DNA of 64,000 nt from Herminiimonas sp. (GTDB lineage Bacteria > Pseudomonadota > Gammaproteobacteria > Burkholderiales > Burkholderiaceae_D), in contig JACMOV010000221.1 in the NCBI GenBank assembly GCA_014377845.1, positions 369-64,368 on the forward strand, in the 5' to 3' direction. The notes beneath the pieces are model-generated. The model was not told the origin of the DNA. It saw only the letters and a program-made list of their open reading frames with translations, and ran no database searches. Both the position numbers and the translations under genes were made by a program. This document shows positions 9,501 to 18,986 of this stretch, one piece after another; position 1 is the first letter of the stretch, and the number at the start of each line of letters is the position of its first letter.

Positions 9501-11315
9501 GTCCACCGTCAGGCAGGTGGCAAAAAACCGCACCTGCTCCGGACCCGCAATTTCAAATGTCTGTTCGCGATCGACGGCGACGCCAGCGTTCTGCAATGCC
9601 GGCAAGATGCGCGACAGCGAGGGCGGCGCATCGATGGAGAGCAGCCGGATCTCGACCGCGCCATAGGTGCCGACATCGACATGCACGCGGATGCGCGGTG
9701 TCGCCTCCAGTAGTTCGAATGCCATCAGGTCGCGATAGGCGGCATGCGGCGAGGTGCGCGCGACATAATCGGCGGGCAGGCTGGCGGCAAGTTGCCGGAT
9801 ATGCGCCCGGCCGGCGACAGCGGTACCGCTGTCGACCAACGCCTCGAAGGTACGGGGCCAGCCTTCGATCGAGGCCAGCAGCGGCTGCTCGATGTTCACA
9901 TCGAGCGCCATGTTCAGGCGCGCGTGGCTGGCGATCAGGTACAGCCGCGCCAGCGGACCGTCGGCCAGCAGGGTCTCTACCCGCACGTCGCGCGCGCCGG
10001 ACAGGGTCCGCACGCTGGCAGCGAGACGTGCCGACAGTGCTTCGCTGTAGCGCTCGCGCGGCAGGTAGACCAGCAGGTTGAGGTGGCGGCCATAGACATC
10101 GCCCCGTGCAAAAACCCGCGCCCGAGGCTGCTTGTAGAGCGCCACCACGGTGCTGCAGAGGTTGGCCAGGAACCGGGCATCGGACTCGAACACTTCGGTG
10201 CGGGGCAAGGATTCCAGCACCTCCAAAAATTTCTCGGCGCGAAAGCCTTCCTTGCGCACGCCTGCCAGCAGCAGCACCTGTGCGATCCGGCCGCGCACGA
10301 ACGGCAGCTGGGCCAGCGGCGTCAGGCTGGCGGCGCGCGAGAACAGACCGATGAAGCAGTGCTCGCCGATGATGACCCCGGCGTCGTTGGTCTCGCGCAC
10401 GCCGATGAAGTCGAGATGCTGGTCGCGGTGCAGGGTCGATTCAACATCGGCCTTGACCACCGACAACGTGTTGGCGCGTGCGGACAGCGTGTCATATTCG
10501 CCCGGAATGCCGGCCAGGCAACGGTCGTATACCGGATGGCTGGTATCGCGCAGGACGCCAATGCGGCTGGTGAGATCGCGCGTCAGCTCGCGGGTGCCGG
10601 GAATCGCGCGGTAGAAGGCATAGCCGAAGACTTCGAAGCCGCCCTCGATCGCCCATTCGAGGAAGGCGGCGGTCTCGCGCGCATCGTCGCCACCCTCGCC
10701 GTGCACCGCGCGCCGGCCCGCCAGGCCGGCAACGGCTGTCAGGGCGCTGTGGATCGCATAGCTGTCGCGCCGTACCGCGGCAGCATCGCCGGCCACCATC
10801 CGCACGGCAGCGTTCAGCGCGGCCTGACGGCTCTGCGACAGCTCTTCCTGCAGCAGGCACAAAACAAACGACTCCAGACCTTCTCCGCCGGTGCGCGCCC
10901 GGCCGACCTCGACGATCCCGCCATCCGCGTCGCGGCGCACCGCCAGCACGGCGTTGAGCACGGCATGCGATGCGATCTGCAGGCGGCGCATCGCCATGAC
11001 GATCGAGTCCACCAGGAACGGCATGTCCGGGTTATGCACCAGCAGCGCCGAGGCCCAGCCACCATGACCGTCCGCATAGCGCAGCGGCACCACCTGACAA
11101 CCCTGCGCCGCCGAACCGCTCGCCGCTGCAAACCCGTCCCACAGGATCGATGCCAGGCTGGGCGCATGAACGTCGGCCAGGTCTTCCGTTTCCAGCGAGG
11201 CGAGCCAGGTGTCGATCAGCGCCACTTGCTGCGGCGCGGTATCGAATGCATCGCCGGCCTGTGCCTTGACCAGTGCCAGTGTTTCGCTGCGGATGTCCTG
11301 CGTCGGTTGCGTCAT
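6561..11315 (-). CDS. gdhB: NAD-specific glutamate dehydrogenase, large (about 180 kDa) class
   Basis: 1584 aa. '[39 protein letters not shown]' and the overall length are typical of the Bac_GDH family. Confidence 0.95.
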   Translation of the reverse strand: [1584 protein letters not shown]

Positions 11316-11458
11316 GCGGTTCTCCAGAGTGGGCAGGCAAAGGAAAAGGGGGGTTGCCGCCCTGCCCTGCGAATCTACTGGTTTTCCGGCCGAACAAGAA
11401 TTTCTTTTTCAAGCCGATTTCGTTGCATCGTAGCGCGCTGCGGATTCCTTATGTTGCG

Positions 11459-12553
11459 TTACGCATAATGCCGTCCGAACCGGTTCTCCAGGAAACTTGC
11501 CAGCGGCGTGTCTTCCTGCCGCACCAGCCCGCGCTGTGGCAGGCTGCCATGGACCAGCAGATCGACCATGGCGCAGATCCCGGCGGCCGTGGTCAGCTGG
11601 ATCGCCGACATCAGCTCGCCGTTGACGGTCTGGCTGTAAATCTTCTTGGCGTAGCTCTCCTGCTCCAGACGACCGCCGCGCATGCCGCAGACACTCACGA
11701 AGACCAGCACCACATCCTGGCGAGTGATCGGGATCGAGGCCTCGAGAACTTCCTTGAGGATGTGGCGGCGCTCGGGCTGACCGAGCTGCAGGTCGCGCAC
11801 CAGCATCTTGACGATGTCGCGGTGGCCCGGATAGCGCACCGTCTTGTAGTTCAGGTTGGCGACCTTGCCGGCCAGGCTGTCGCACAGCGTGCCGAGTCCG
11901 CCCGACGTGTTGAAAGCTTCGTAGTCGATGCCGTCGAGCGAAAAATGCTCGATTTCCTCCAGCGGCGACGTTTCACGCAACTGACCGTCGACGATCGCTT
12001 CGCAGCTGTTGCAGTATTCATTGATCAAGCCGTCGGTACTCCACGTCAGGTTGTATTTCAGTGCATTGCTCGGATAGGTGGGTAGCGCGCCGACCCGCAT
12101 CTGCACGTCGCGCAGGCTGTCGAAGCGGCTGGCCAGATCATTGGCAACAATGGAAATGAAGCCTGGCGCCAGGCCGCATTGCGGCACGAAGGCCGTGTCG
12201 GCATCGGCGGCCAGTTGCTTGACGATGCGGGTGCTGCCGACATCTTCGGTCAGGTCAAAATAGTGGGAGCCGGCCGCGCGCGCGGCGGCGGCGATCGCCG
12301 GCGTCAGGAAATACGGACAGGCCGACAGGGTCACGTCGTGGCCGTCGATCAGGGTGGCGAGGACGGCCGGATCGGCGACGTCGGCCAGTCGCGTGGTGAC
12401 GCCGGCAAACGCCATCCGGTCCACCTGCGCGAGGCGCTCCGGATCGGCATCGGCGACCGTGATCGCATAATCGCCGGTATGCGACAGCAGGTTCAGGATC
12501 GCTTCGCCGATCTTGCCGGCGCCCAGGAGAACGAGTCGGGTTTGCATCATCAT
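11459..12553 (-). CDS. Saccharopine dehydrogenase family NAD(P)-binding protein
   Basis: N-terminal Rossmann motif 'LVLLGAGKIGEAI'. Length of 364 aa fits the family. It is divergent from an Lrp/AsnC regulator. Confidence 0.85.
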   Translation of the reverse strand: MMMQTRLVLLGAGKIGEAILNLLSHTGDYAITVADADPERLAQVDRMAFAGVTTRLADVADPAVLATLIDGHDVTLSACPYFLTPAIAAAARAAGSHYFDLTEDVGSTRIVKQLAADADTAFVPQCGLAPGFISIVANDLASRFDSLRDVQMRVGALPTYPSNALKYNLTWSTDGLINEYCNSCEAIVDGQLRETSPLEEIEHFSLDGIDYEAFNTSGGLGTLCDSLAGKVANLNYKTVRYPGHRDIVKMLVRDLQLGQPERRHILKEVLEASIPITRQDVVLVFVSVCGMRGGRLEQESYAKKIYSQTVNGELMSAIQLTTAAGICAMVDLLVHGSLPQRGLVRQEDTPLASFLENRFGRHYA

Positions 12554-12670
12554 GCCTTTCAGGAGGCGGAGTCGCGGCGTGTCGGCAACCCCTGCAGGCG
12601 ACGAATGTCGCTGCTTCCCGGAAAGTATAGAAGTGAGCGCTGTCAGATAATAGCGCGTAAAGTGCTGCCA

Positions 12671-12723
12671 TACTGCAGGATCATGCTACACTTTGCATAT
12701 CGTAAAAGACATATTGCAGGATC
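12671..12723. promoter_or_regulatory. Two 13-bp direct repeats ATA(C/T)TGCAGGATC, 41 bp apart, in the divergent Lrp / saccharopine-DH promoter region
   Basis: ATACTGCAGGATC at 12670-12682 and ATATTGCAGGATC at 12711-12723 (12 of 13 identical). These are candidate regulator sites. Confidence 0.3.
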
Positions 12724-12749
12724 CGACCGAAGCGCCCTCTGGAATTGCC

Positions 12750-13247
12750 ATGACCCTCGATGAAACCGATAACCGGATCATTGCACTGCTGATGGACAAC
12801 GCCCGGATACCGGTCGCCACCATCGCGCGCCAGCTCTCGATTGCGCGCACGACCGCGATTGCCCGCATCGCCGCGCTGGAAAAACGCGGCGTGACCGCCG
12901 GCTACGGCGTGCGCATGCATGCCGGCGCCTATGAACCGGCCGTCGGCGCCTACGTCGGCGTGACGATCGATCCGCGCAGCAGTGCGCGCTTCGTGGCGCA
13001 ACTGCAGAAAATGCCGCAGGTCGGCATGCTGTGCGCCGTCAGCGGCAGCGTCGATTACATGGTTGAACTGAGCTGCCGTTCGACGGCCGAGCTGGACCGC
13101 CTGCTCGACCAGATCGGCACCACCGAAGGCGTGCGCACGACGTCGACCTCGATCATCCTGACCCGGCGCATCGACCGCAGCGCGTTGCCGCCAACCGCGT
13201 CACTGCCCATCGCGTCTCAGCCGGCCGCGTCACCGTCAAGCGCCTAG
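12750..13247 (+). CDS. Lrp/AsnC family transcriptional regulator
   Basis: 'LDETDNRIIALLMDNARIPVATIARQLSIARTTAIARIAALEKRGV' is the HTH, followed by an AsnC-type ligand domain. The start is set at the internal ATG 'MTLDETD'. Confidence 0.9.
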   Translation: MTLDETDNRIIALLMDNARIPVATIARQLSIARTTAIARIAALEKRGVTAGYGVRMHAGAYEPAVGAYVGVTIDPRSSARFVAQLQKMPQVGMLCAVSGSVDYMVELSCRSTAELDRLLDQIGTTEGVRTTSTSIILTRRIDRSALPPTASLPIASQPAASPSSA

Positions 13248-13356
13248 CAGCCGCTCATAGCCCTGCGGATAGTCTCGAGCGATCAGATACGACGCCTGCC
13301 AGACCACCGCAACATCACTACCACGTCGCTACCGGATCACCACCAGGACATCCAGA

Positions 13357-13725
13357 ATGAATCAGAAAATCCCCGCTTCGCCACCCGACGACACGCGTCC
13401 CGATGCTAAACGCAACCACCTTTGGCGCTGCACCGTGTGGCAGACCGATCCCGAACTGCATCCGCTCGGTCCGCGTCACAGTGTCGAGGTGTACTGCTGC
13501 GAAGAGTCGAACGGCTACGCGGTCTGGTACGTGCGCCGGTTGCCGCATGCCGACCAGCGCGGTGCGGCCGGCGTCGACAACGGCGACTACCTGCTCGGCT
13601 ACTTCGGCCGCGACCGGCGCGACGACGCGATCACCCGCGCCGTGCTGGTCTCGACCGGCCCAGCGTCGCCGGAACTGCAGATCGCGGCACTCGATGCACT
13701 GGCGAAGGATGCGCAGAAAGTCTGA
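13357..13725 (+). CDS. Hypothetical protein (122 aa)
   Basis: GC-rich third codon positions and an AGGA-like sequence upstream. I recognise no family. Confidence 0.5.
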   Translation: MNQKIPASPPDDTRPDAKRNHLWRCTVWQTDPELHPLGPRHSVEVYCCEESNGYAVWYVRRLPHADQRGAAGVDNGDYLLGYFGRDRRDDAITRAVLVSTGPASPELQIAALDALAKDAQKV

Positions 13726-13800
13726 CGGCGGGCCGGGCTCAGAAACATAGTCAAAACCAAGCGCAAAACCAGCGTCGACAAGACGGTCGATGTCGAGACC

Positions 13801-14802
13801 TCAGGCAGCCCACAACGGCGCTTCATCCATCAGCGACACCTGTTCCCGCAATTCGAGAATCCGGTCCTGCCAGTAGCGTTGCGTGTTAAACCACGGGAAT
13901 GCTGCTGGAAACGCCGGATCGTCCCAGCGGCGCGCCAGCCACGCGGCGTAATGAATCAGGCGCAGCGTGCGCAGGCCTTCGACGAGGTGCAGTTCACGCA
14001 CATCGAAATCATGGAAGTCTTCATAGCCCGCCAGCAGGTCTGCCAGTTGCCGCACCCGGTCGCTGCGTTCACCCGACAGCAGCATCCACAGGTCCTGGAT
14101 CGCCGGGCCCATCCGGCTGTCGTCGAAGTCGACGAAATGTGGCCCCGCATCGGTCCACAGCACGTTGCCGCAATGGCAGTCGCCATGCAGGCGGATCGCC
14201 GTCACGTCGCCGGCGCGATCGAAGCAGCGCCGCACGCCATCCAACGCCTGCTCCAGCACGCTGAAATATGCGCTGCATAATTCCGGCGGCACGAAGTCAT
14301 GCGACGTCAGATAGTCGCGCGGGTCTTCGCCAAAGGTTGCGATATCGAGCGCCGGCCGCACCGCGAAGGGCTTGATCGCGCCGATTGCATGAATCCGTCC
14401 GATGAAGCGGCCGAGCCATTCGAGCGTACCGGGCTGCTCCAGCTCCGGCGCCCTTCCGCCGTGCCGCTCGAACACCGCAAAACGAAACCCGGCAAATGTC
14501 TGCAGCGTGGCGCCGTCGGCCAGCGCGATTGCCGGCACCACCGGCAGTTCGTGTTCGACCAGGGCCGCCACGAACGCATGTTCTTCCAGGATCTGTGCAT
14601 CGCTCCAGCGTGCCGGCCGGTAGAACTTCGCCACCAATGGCGGCGCATCGTCGCGCCACACCTGGTACACCCGGTTTTCATAGCTGTTGAGCGCCAGCAG
14701 CCGCCCGTCGCCACGGATACCGACCGCGTCGAGCGCATCGAGTACCAGCTCGGGCGAGAGGTTGCTGAAACTGGGTACTGCCATATCGGTGGAATCGGTC
14801 AT
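13801..14802 (-). CDS. srkA: Stress response serine/threonine kinase SrkA (YihE/RdoA family)
   Basis: '[13 protein letters not shown]', catalytic loop '[13 protein letters not shown]', and 'FVDFDD'. The start is taken at 'MTDSTD'. Confidence 0.9.
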   Translation of the reverse strand: MTDSTDMAVPSFSNLSPELVLDALDAVGIRGDGRLLALNSYENRVYQVWRDDAPPLVAKFYRPARWSDAQILEEHAFVAALVEHELPVVPAIALADGATLQTFAGFRFAVFERHGGRAPELEQPGTLEWLGRFIGRIHAIGAIKPFAVRPALDIATFGEDPRDYLTSHDFVPPELCSAYFSVLEQALDGVRRCFDRAGDVTAIRLHGDCHCGNVLWTDAGPHFVDFDDSRMGPAIQDLWMLLSGERSDRVRQLADLLAGYEDFHDFDVRELHLVEGLRTLRLIHYAAWLARRWDDPAFPAAFPWFNTQRYWQDRILELREQVSLMDEAPLWAA

Positions 14803-14885
14803 GCCATCATTGTACGGTGTCGCACCACGCGTTACACTGCGCGCAACCGCCAGCAAGCCAAACACAGCCTAGCCGAAAGACCATC

Positions 14886-15584
14886 ATGCATCTCGATCAG
14901 CCCCTGTCCGACAAGGAGTTCAACGAGCTCGACAAGTTCCTGCTCTCGGACCGCTGCGCCGACGACGGCATGACGATGGATTCCCTGCACGGCTACCTGA
15001 CGGCGCTGGTGATCGGACCGGAAGTGATCCCGCTGTCGGAGTGGCTGCCGAATGTGTGGGGCGCAGCCGGCAAGCAGGCGCCGACCTTCAAGACGGAAAA
15101 GGAATTCGAACGCATCGTCGGCCTGATCTCGCGCTTCATGAACGAGATCGCGATCACGATGGAGGTCGCGCCGAAGGATTTCGAACCGCTGTTCTGCGAA
15201 TACGAAGACGAGGGCCGCGCGGTGCTCGACGGTGAAGCGTGGGCCTGGGGATTCTGGTCAGGCATCGACCTGCGGGCAGATGCGTGGGAGCCGATCTGGC
15301 GTTCGCCGATCGCACCGCTCATGCGTCCGATCTATCTGCTGGGCGCGGAAGAAATCGAGGAAGAGGAAATGACGCTGGTCGACACGCCGCTCAAGTGCCA
15401 CAAGCTGACGGTCGAAATCGAAGCAGCGATCCCGGAGATATACCGGTACTGGCTGCCACTACGAAAATCGCCGGTCGCAACCGTGCAGCGCGCGGAACCG
15501 AAACCCGGCCGCAACGACGACTGCGCCTGCGGCAGCGGCAAGAAATTCAAGAAGTGCTGCGGCGCGCCGCCGATCCTGCACTGA
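14886..15584 (+). CDS. YecA/UPF0149 family protein with C-terminal SEC-C metal-binding motif
   Basis: The C-terminus is '[19 protein letters not shown]'. The start is at '[12 protein letters not shown]'. Confidence 0.85.
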   Translation: MHLDQPLSDKEFNELDKFLLSDRCADDGMTMDSLHGYLTALVIGPEVIPLSEWLPNVWGAAGKQAPTFKTEKEFERIVGLISRFMNEIAITMEVAPKDFEPLFCEYEDEGRAVLDGEAWAWGFWSGIDLRADAWEPIWRSPIAPLMRPIYLLGAEEIEEEEMTLVDTPLKCHKLTVEIEAAIPEIYRYWLPLRKSPVATVQRAEPKPGRNDDCACGSGKKFKKCCGAPPILH

Positions 15585-15692
15585 ACGGCAAGTTGTCGCA
15601 CTGCGCGCCATGCCGTTCACACGCGGTTGGGTGAACAGTACGCCTGCCAGAAGCCGGACAGCTAACGGCGTTTTGTCAGTCGCCCGCAGACA

Positions 15693-16280
15693 CTATGCCC
15701 TGATGAAATGCTCTCGGTAGTAGCGCAGCTCTTCGATCGATTCGATGATATCGGCCAGCGCCGTGTGCTTCTGGTGCTTCTTGAAACCGTTGGCGATTTC
15801 CGGTTTCCAGCGCTTGCACAGTTCCTTGAGCGTGGAGACATCGAGGTTGCGGTAATGGAAGAAGGCTTCCAGTTTGGGCATGCCGCGCACCATGAAGCGC
15901 CGATCCTGGCAAATCGTGTTGCCGCACATCGGCGACTTGCCATTACCGACGAACTGTTTCAACCATGCGATCAGTGCTTCCTCTGCCGCCGCTTCGGTGA
16001 CGGTCGAATCGCGCACCCGCTCGATCAGGCCGGAGCGGCCATGCGTACCCTTGTTCCAGGCATCCATGCCATCCATGATTTCGGCCGGCTGGTGGATCGC
16101 GAACACCGGGCCTTCGCCCAGGATGTTGAGTTCCGAATCGGTAACGACCACCGCCACTTCAATGATGCGGTCGGTGTCCGGATCGAGTCCGGTCATCTCC
16201 ATATCGACCCATACCAGGTTGAAATCGTTCGGGCGAACCGGCACGGCGGGTGAAGCATCTGATGCAGAAGGTTGTGACAT
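15693..16280 (-). CDS. orn: Oligoribonuclease
   Basis: DEDDh exonuclease motifs '[13 protein letters not shown]' and '[18 protein letters not shown]'. GAGGAA precedes the ATG at 16280. Confidence 0.95.
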   Translation of the reverse strand: MSQPSASDASPAVPVRPNDFNLVWVDMEMTGLDPDTDRIIEVAVVVTDSELNILGEGPVFAIHQPAEIMDGMDAWNKGTHGRSGLIERVRDSTVTEAAAEEALIAWLKQFVGNGKSPMCGNTICQDRRFMVRGMPKLEAFFHYRNLDVSTLKELCKRWKPEIANGFKKHQKHTALADIIESIEELRYYREHFIRA

Positions 16281-16335
16281 AATCGTTTTCCTCGAAGCCG
16301 CTGATCGCAAGGCGCCATTTTCTCACAGGCAAAGC

Positions 16336-17619
16336 ATGTATTCACTCGCGTTTTCGAATTTGTTCATCGGTTTGCTGATCCTGACGCTGGCGGTCCGTTT
16401 CTGGCTCGGGTCGCGCCACATCCGGCATATTCTCGCGCATCGGGCAAACGTACCGCCTGAGTTTGCCAGCAAGATCCCGCTTGCCGCACACCAGAAAGCC
16501 GCCGACTACACCATCGCCAAGACGAAATTCAGCCTCTTCATGCTGCTGGTGAGCAGCGCCGTGCTGATCGGATTTACTTTGCTGGGCGGCCTGCAGGCAC
16601 TGGCGGTCGCGGTGTTCGCTCGCACTGGTCCTGGGATGGCTTACCAGATCAGTCTGCTGGTGGCGTTCACGCTGATCTCCGGCGCAATCGACCTGCCCTT
16701 CGATTACTACCGGCAATTCGTGCTGGAGGCGCGCTTCGGCTTCAACAAGATGTCGCTGCAGCTGTTCGCAACAGACATGCTCAAGAATGCGCTGATCGGC
16801 GCGGTGATCGGTTTGCCGCTGATCTGGGTGGTGTTGACCCTGATGGAAAAATCCGGCGACCTGTGGTGGTTGTATGCGTGGATCGTGTTTTCTGCATTCC
16901 AGCTGGCGATGCTGGTGCTGTATCCGACCGTGATCGCACCGCTGTTCAACAAGTTCACGCCGCTGGCCGACGCCTCGCTGCAAAGCCGGATCGAAAACCT
17001 GATGGGCCGGGTCGGCTTCGCCTCCCAAGGTCTGTTCGTGATGGACGGCTCCAAGCGCAGCGCGCACGGCAATGCCTATTTTTCCGGATTCGGCGCCGCC
17101 AAGCGGATCGTGTTCTTCGATACCCTGCTCGCGCGCCTGGCGCCGGAAGAGATCGAAGCCGTGCTGGCCCACGAACTCGGCCACTTCAAGCTCAAGCACA
17201 TCGTCAAGCGCATCCTGATGATGTTCGGGATTTCGCTCGGCTTCCTGGCGCTGCTCGGCTTTCTCAAGACCCAGACCTGGTTCTATACCGGACTCGGCGT
17301 CGATCCGATGGTGGTTGCCAGCAACGACGCAATGGCGCTGATCCTGTTCATGCTGGTGCTGCCGGTGTTTACGTTCCTGCTCTCGCCGCTGACCTCGATC
17401 GGCTCGCGCAAGCACGAGTTCGAAGCCGATGCCTTCGCGGCGATGCATACCCGCGCCGACGATCTGGTTTCGGCCTTGGTGAAGCTGTATGAAGACAATG
17501 CCTCGACACTGACGCCAGACCCGCTGCACTCGGCGTTCTACGACTCGCATCCGCCGGCGTCGGTGCGGATTCGCAAGCTGACGTCGCACACGCCCGGCGC
17601 ATTGCGTCCGGCGCACTGA
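16336..17619 (+). CDS. M48 family (Ste24/HtpX-like) integral membrane zinc metalloprotease
   Basis: Multiple TM helices and 'AHELGHFKLKH' (HExxH). The long 5' extension in the ORF track (from 15874) is antisense to orn and was rejected. Confidence 0.9.
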   Translation: MYSLAFSNLFIGLLILTLAVRFWLGSRHIRHILAHRANVPPEFASKIPLAAHQKAADYTIAKTKFSLFMLLVSSAVLIGFTLLGGLQALAVAVFARTGPGMAYQISLLVAFTLISGAIDLPFDYYRQFVLEARFGFNKMSLQLFATDMLKNALIGAVIGLPLIWVVLTLMEKSGDLWWLYAWIVFSAFQLAMLVLYPTVIAPLFNKFTPLADASLQSRIENLMGRVGFASQGLFVMDGSKRSAHGNAYFSGFGAAKRIVFFDTLLARLAPEEIEAVLAHELGHFKLKHIVKRILMMFGISLGFLALLGFLKTQTWFYTGLGVDPMVVASNDAMALILFMLVLPVFTFLLSPLTSIGSRKHEFEADAFAAMHTRADDLVSALVKLYEDNASTLTPDPLHSAFYDSHPPASVRIRKLTSHTPGALRPAH

Positions 17620-17626
17620 GACCAGG

Positions 17627-17986
17627 ATGACCATGATGCTGACCACTGCAGAACTGCTGGAACGCAAATGCAAGCCCGAACGGGATGCCATGCCGGCCGA
17701 TGAGGTCGCGGCGCAACTGCCGGCAATCGAAGGCTGGCAACAGGATGGCAAGCGTATCGTGCGCACCTTCGATTTCAAGGATTACTACGAAACGCTCGCT
17801 TTCATCAACGCCATTGCCTACGTCGTGCACGCCGAAGACCATCATCCGGAACTGGTCGTGACCTACAACCGGTGCGTGGTGCGCTTCGACACCCACAGCG
17901 TCGACGGTGGCAAGGGTGGGGTGTCGATCAACGACTTCATTTGCGCCGCCAAGGTCAACGCCATCTTCCAGCAGTCGTTTTCCTGA
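17627..17986 (+). CDS. phhB: 4a-hydroxytetrahydrobiopterin (pterin-4a-carbinolamine) dehydratase
   Basis: '[29 protein letters not shown]' is the PCD signature. Confidence 0.9.
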   Translation: MTMMLTTAELLERKCKPERDAMPADEVAAQLPAIEGWQQDGKRIVRTFDFKDYYETLAFINAIAYVVHAEDHHPELVVTYNRCVVRFDTHSVDGGKGGVSINDFICAAKVNAIFQQSFS

Positions 17987-17994
17987 CGCGCGGC

Positions 17995-18948
17995 ATGGCA
18001 AAACTGTCTCCCTTGCGCACGCCCGCTTCGGGAACCGGCGCAGGCGGCCGCCACCCGGGCGCAACCGTCACCGCCACTGTCATCGCTGCCCATGGCCGCC
18101 ATTACCTGGCGCTCGCCGACGGGGTCCGGCTGCAATGCGTCACGCGCGGCAAGAAAAGCGATATCGCGGTCGGTGACAGCATCCACCTGCAGATGACCTC
18201 CGAGAACCAGGGCGTGATCGAATCGATCGGTGACCGGGCAACGCTGCTGTACCGCTCCGACCAGTACAAGTCAAAGTTGCTGGCTGCGAACGTCACGCAA
18301 CTGTTCATCGTGGTGGCAACCGAACCTGGTTTCGCCGACGACCTGATCTCGCGCGCACTGGTCGCCGCCGAAGCCGCCGGCGTCCGTGCCCATATCGTGC
18401 TCAACAAGGTCGACGTCACTGCCTCCCTGGCGCGCACGCGTGAACGCCTGCAAGCGTACGCCGCGCTCGGCTACCCGATCCACGAGGTCTCGGCCCGCAC
18501 CGCGCCGGAAGCTGCGTGCGCGACACTGGGCCCGCTGCTGGCCGGCGAATCGACGATCCTGATCGGTCAGTCCGGAATGGGCAAGTCGTCACTGATCAAC
18601 CTGTTGGTGCCGGACGCCGACATTGCGGTGCGCGAAATTTCGGCAGCGCTCGACACCGGCAAGCACACCACCACCTTCACCCGCCTGTACGCCATCGACG
18701 GCCAGACCAGCATCATCGATTCACCCGGCTTCCAGGAATTCGGCCTGTTCCACTTGACCGAGGGCATGCTGGAACGCGCCTTCCCGGAATTCGCACCGTA
18801 TCTCGGCAAGTGCAAGTACTACAACTGCCACCACTCGAACGAGCCGGAATGCGCGATCCGCGGCGCGGTTGCATCCGGCGCGATCGCGCCGATGCGGCAT
18901 GCGCTGTATCTGCAGCTCAAGCATGAATCGGAGCAGACGCTGTATTGA
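17995..18948 (+). CDS. rsgA: Ribosome small subunit-dependent GTPase A
   Basis: 'VLNKVDV' (G4), P-loop '[14 protein letters not shown]', and zinc finger '[16 protein letters not shown]'. Confidence 0.95.
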   Translation: MAKLSPLRTPASGTGAGGRHPGATVTATVIAAHGRHYLALADGVRLQCVTRGKKSDIAVGDSIHLQMTSENQGVIESIGDRATLLYRSDQYKSKLLAANVTQLFIVVATEPGFADDLISRALVAAEAAGVRAHIVLNKVDVTASLARTRERLQAYAALGYPIHEVSARTAPEAACATLGPLLAGESTILIGQSGMGKSSLINLLVPDADIAVREISAALDTGKHTTTFTRLYAIDGQTSIIDSPGFQEFGLFHLTEGMLERAFPEFAPYLGKCKYYNCHHSNEPECAIRGAVASGAIAPMRHALYLQLKHESEQTLY

Positions 18949-18986
18949 AGTCATGGAACGGCAGCGCATCGTTCCGCGTTCATGGC

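Noticed and set aside
9744-11468. 574-aa plus-strand ORF, plus 7299-8372 and 8451-9185, inside gdhB.
   Set aside because: It is antisense to an unmistakable NAD-glutamate dehydrogenase. The sequence is Arg/Gly/Ala-rich nonsense with no motifs.
15874-16335. Long N-terminal extensions suggested by the ORF track (15874 for the M48 gene, 57900 for the family-5 SBP, 58066 for sbp, 43989 for rsmE, 37176 for yhdP).
   Set aside because: The extensions overlap neighbouring genes or divergent promoters and lack homology-like sequence. Internal ATGs give canonical N-termini, signal peptides and RBSs.
16342-17778. 478-aa minus-strand ORF opposite the M48 protease gene.
   Set aside because: It is antisense to a gene with HELGH and multiple TM helices. 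Its composition is dominated by Arg/Gln/His/Glu.
18954-18974. GGAACG-N9-CGTTCC hairpin between the convergent rsgA and NEL genes, considered as a bidirectional terminator.
   Set aside because: The stem is only 6 bp and there is no U-tract on either side. The evidence is insufficient to call a terminator.
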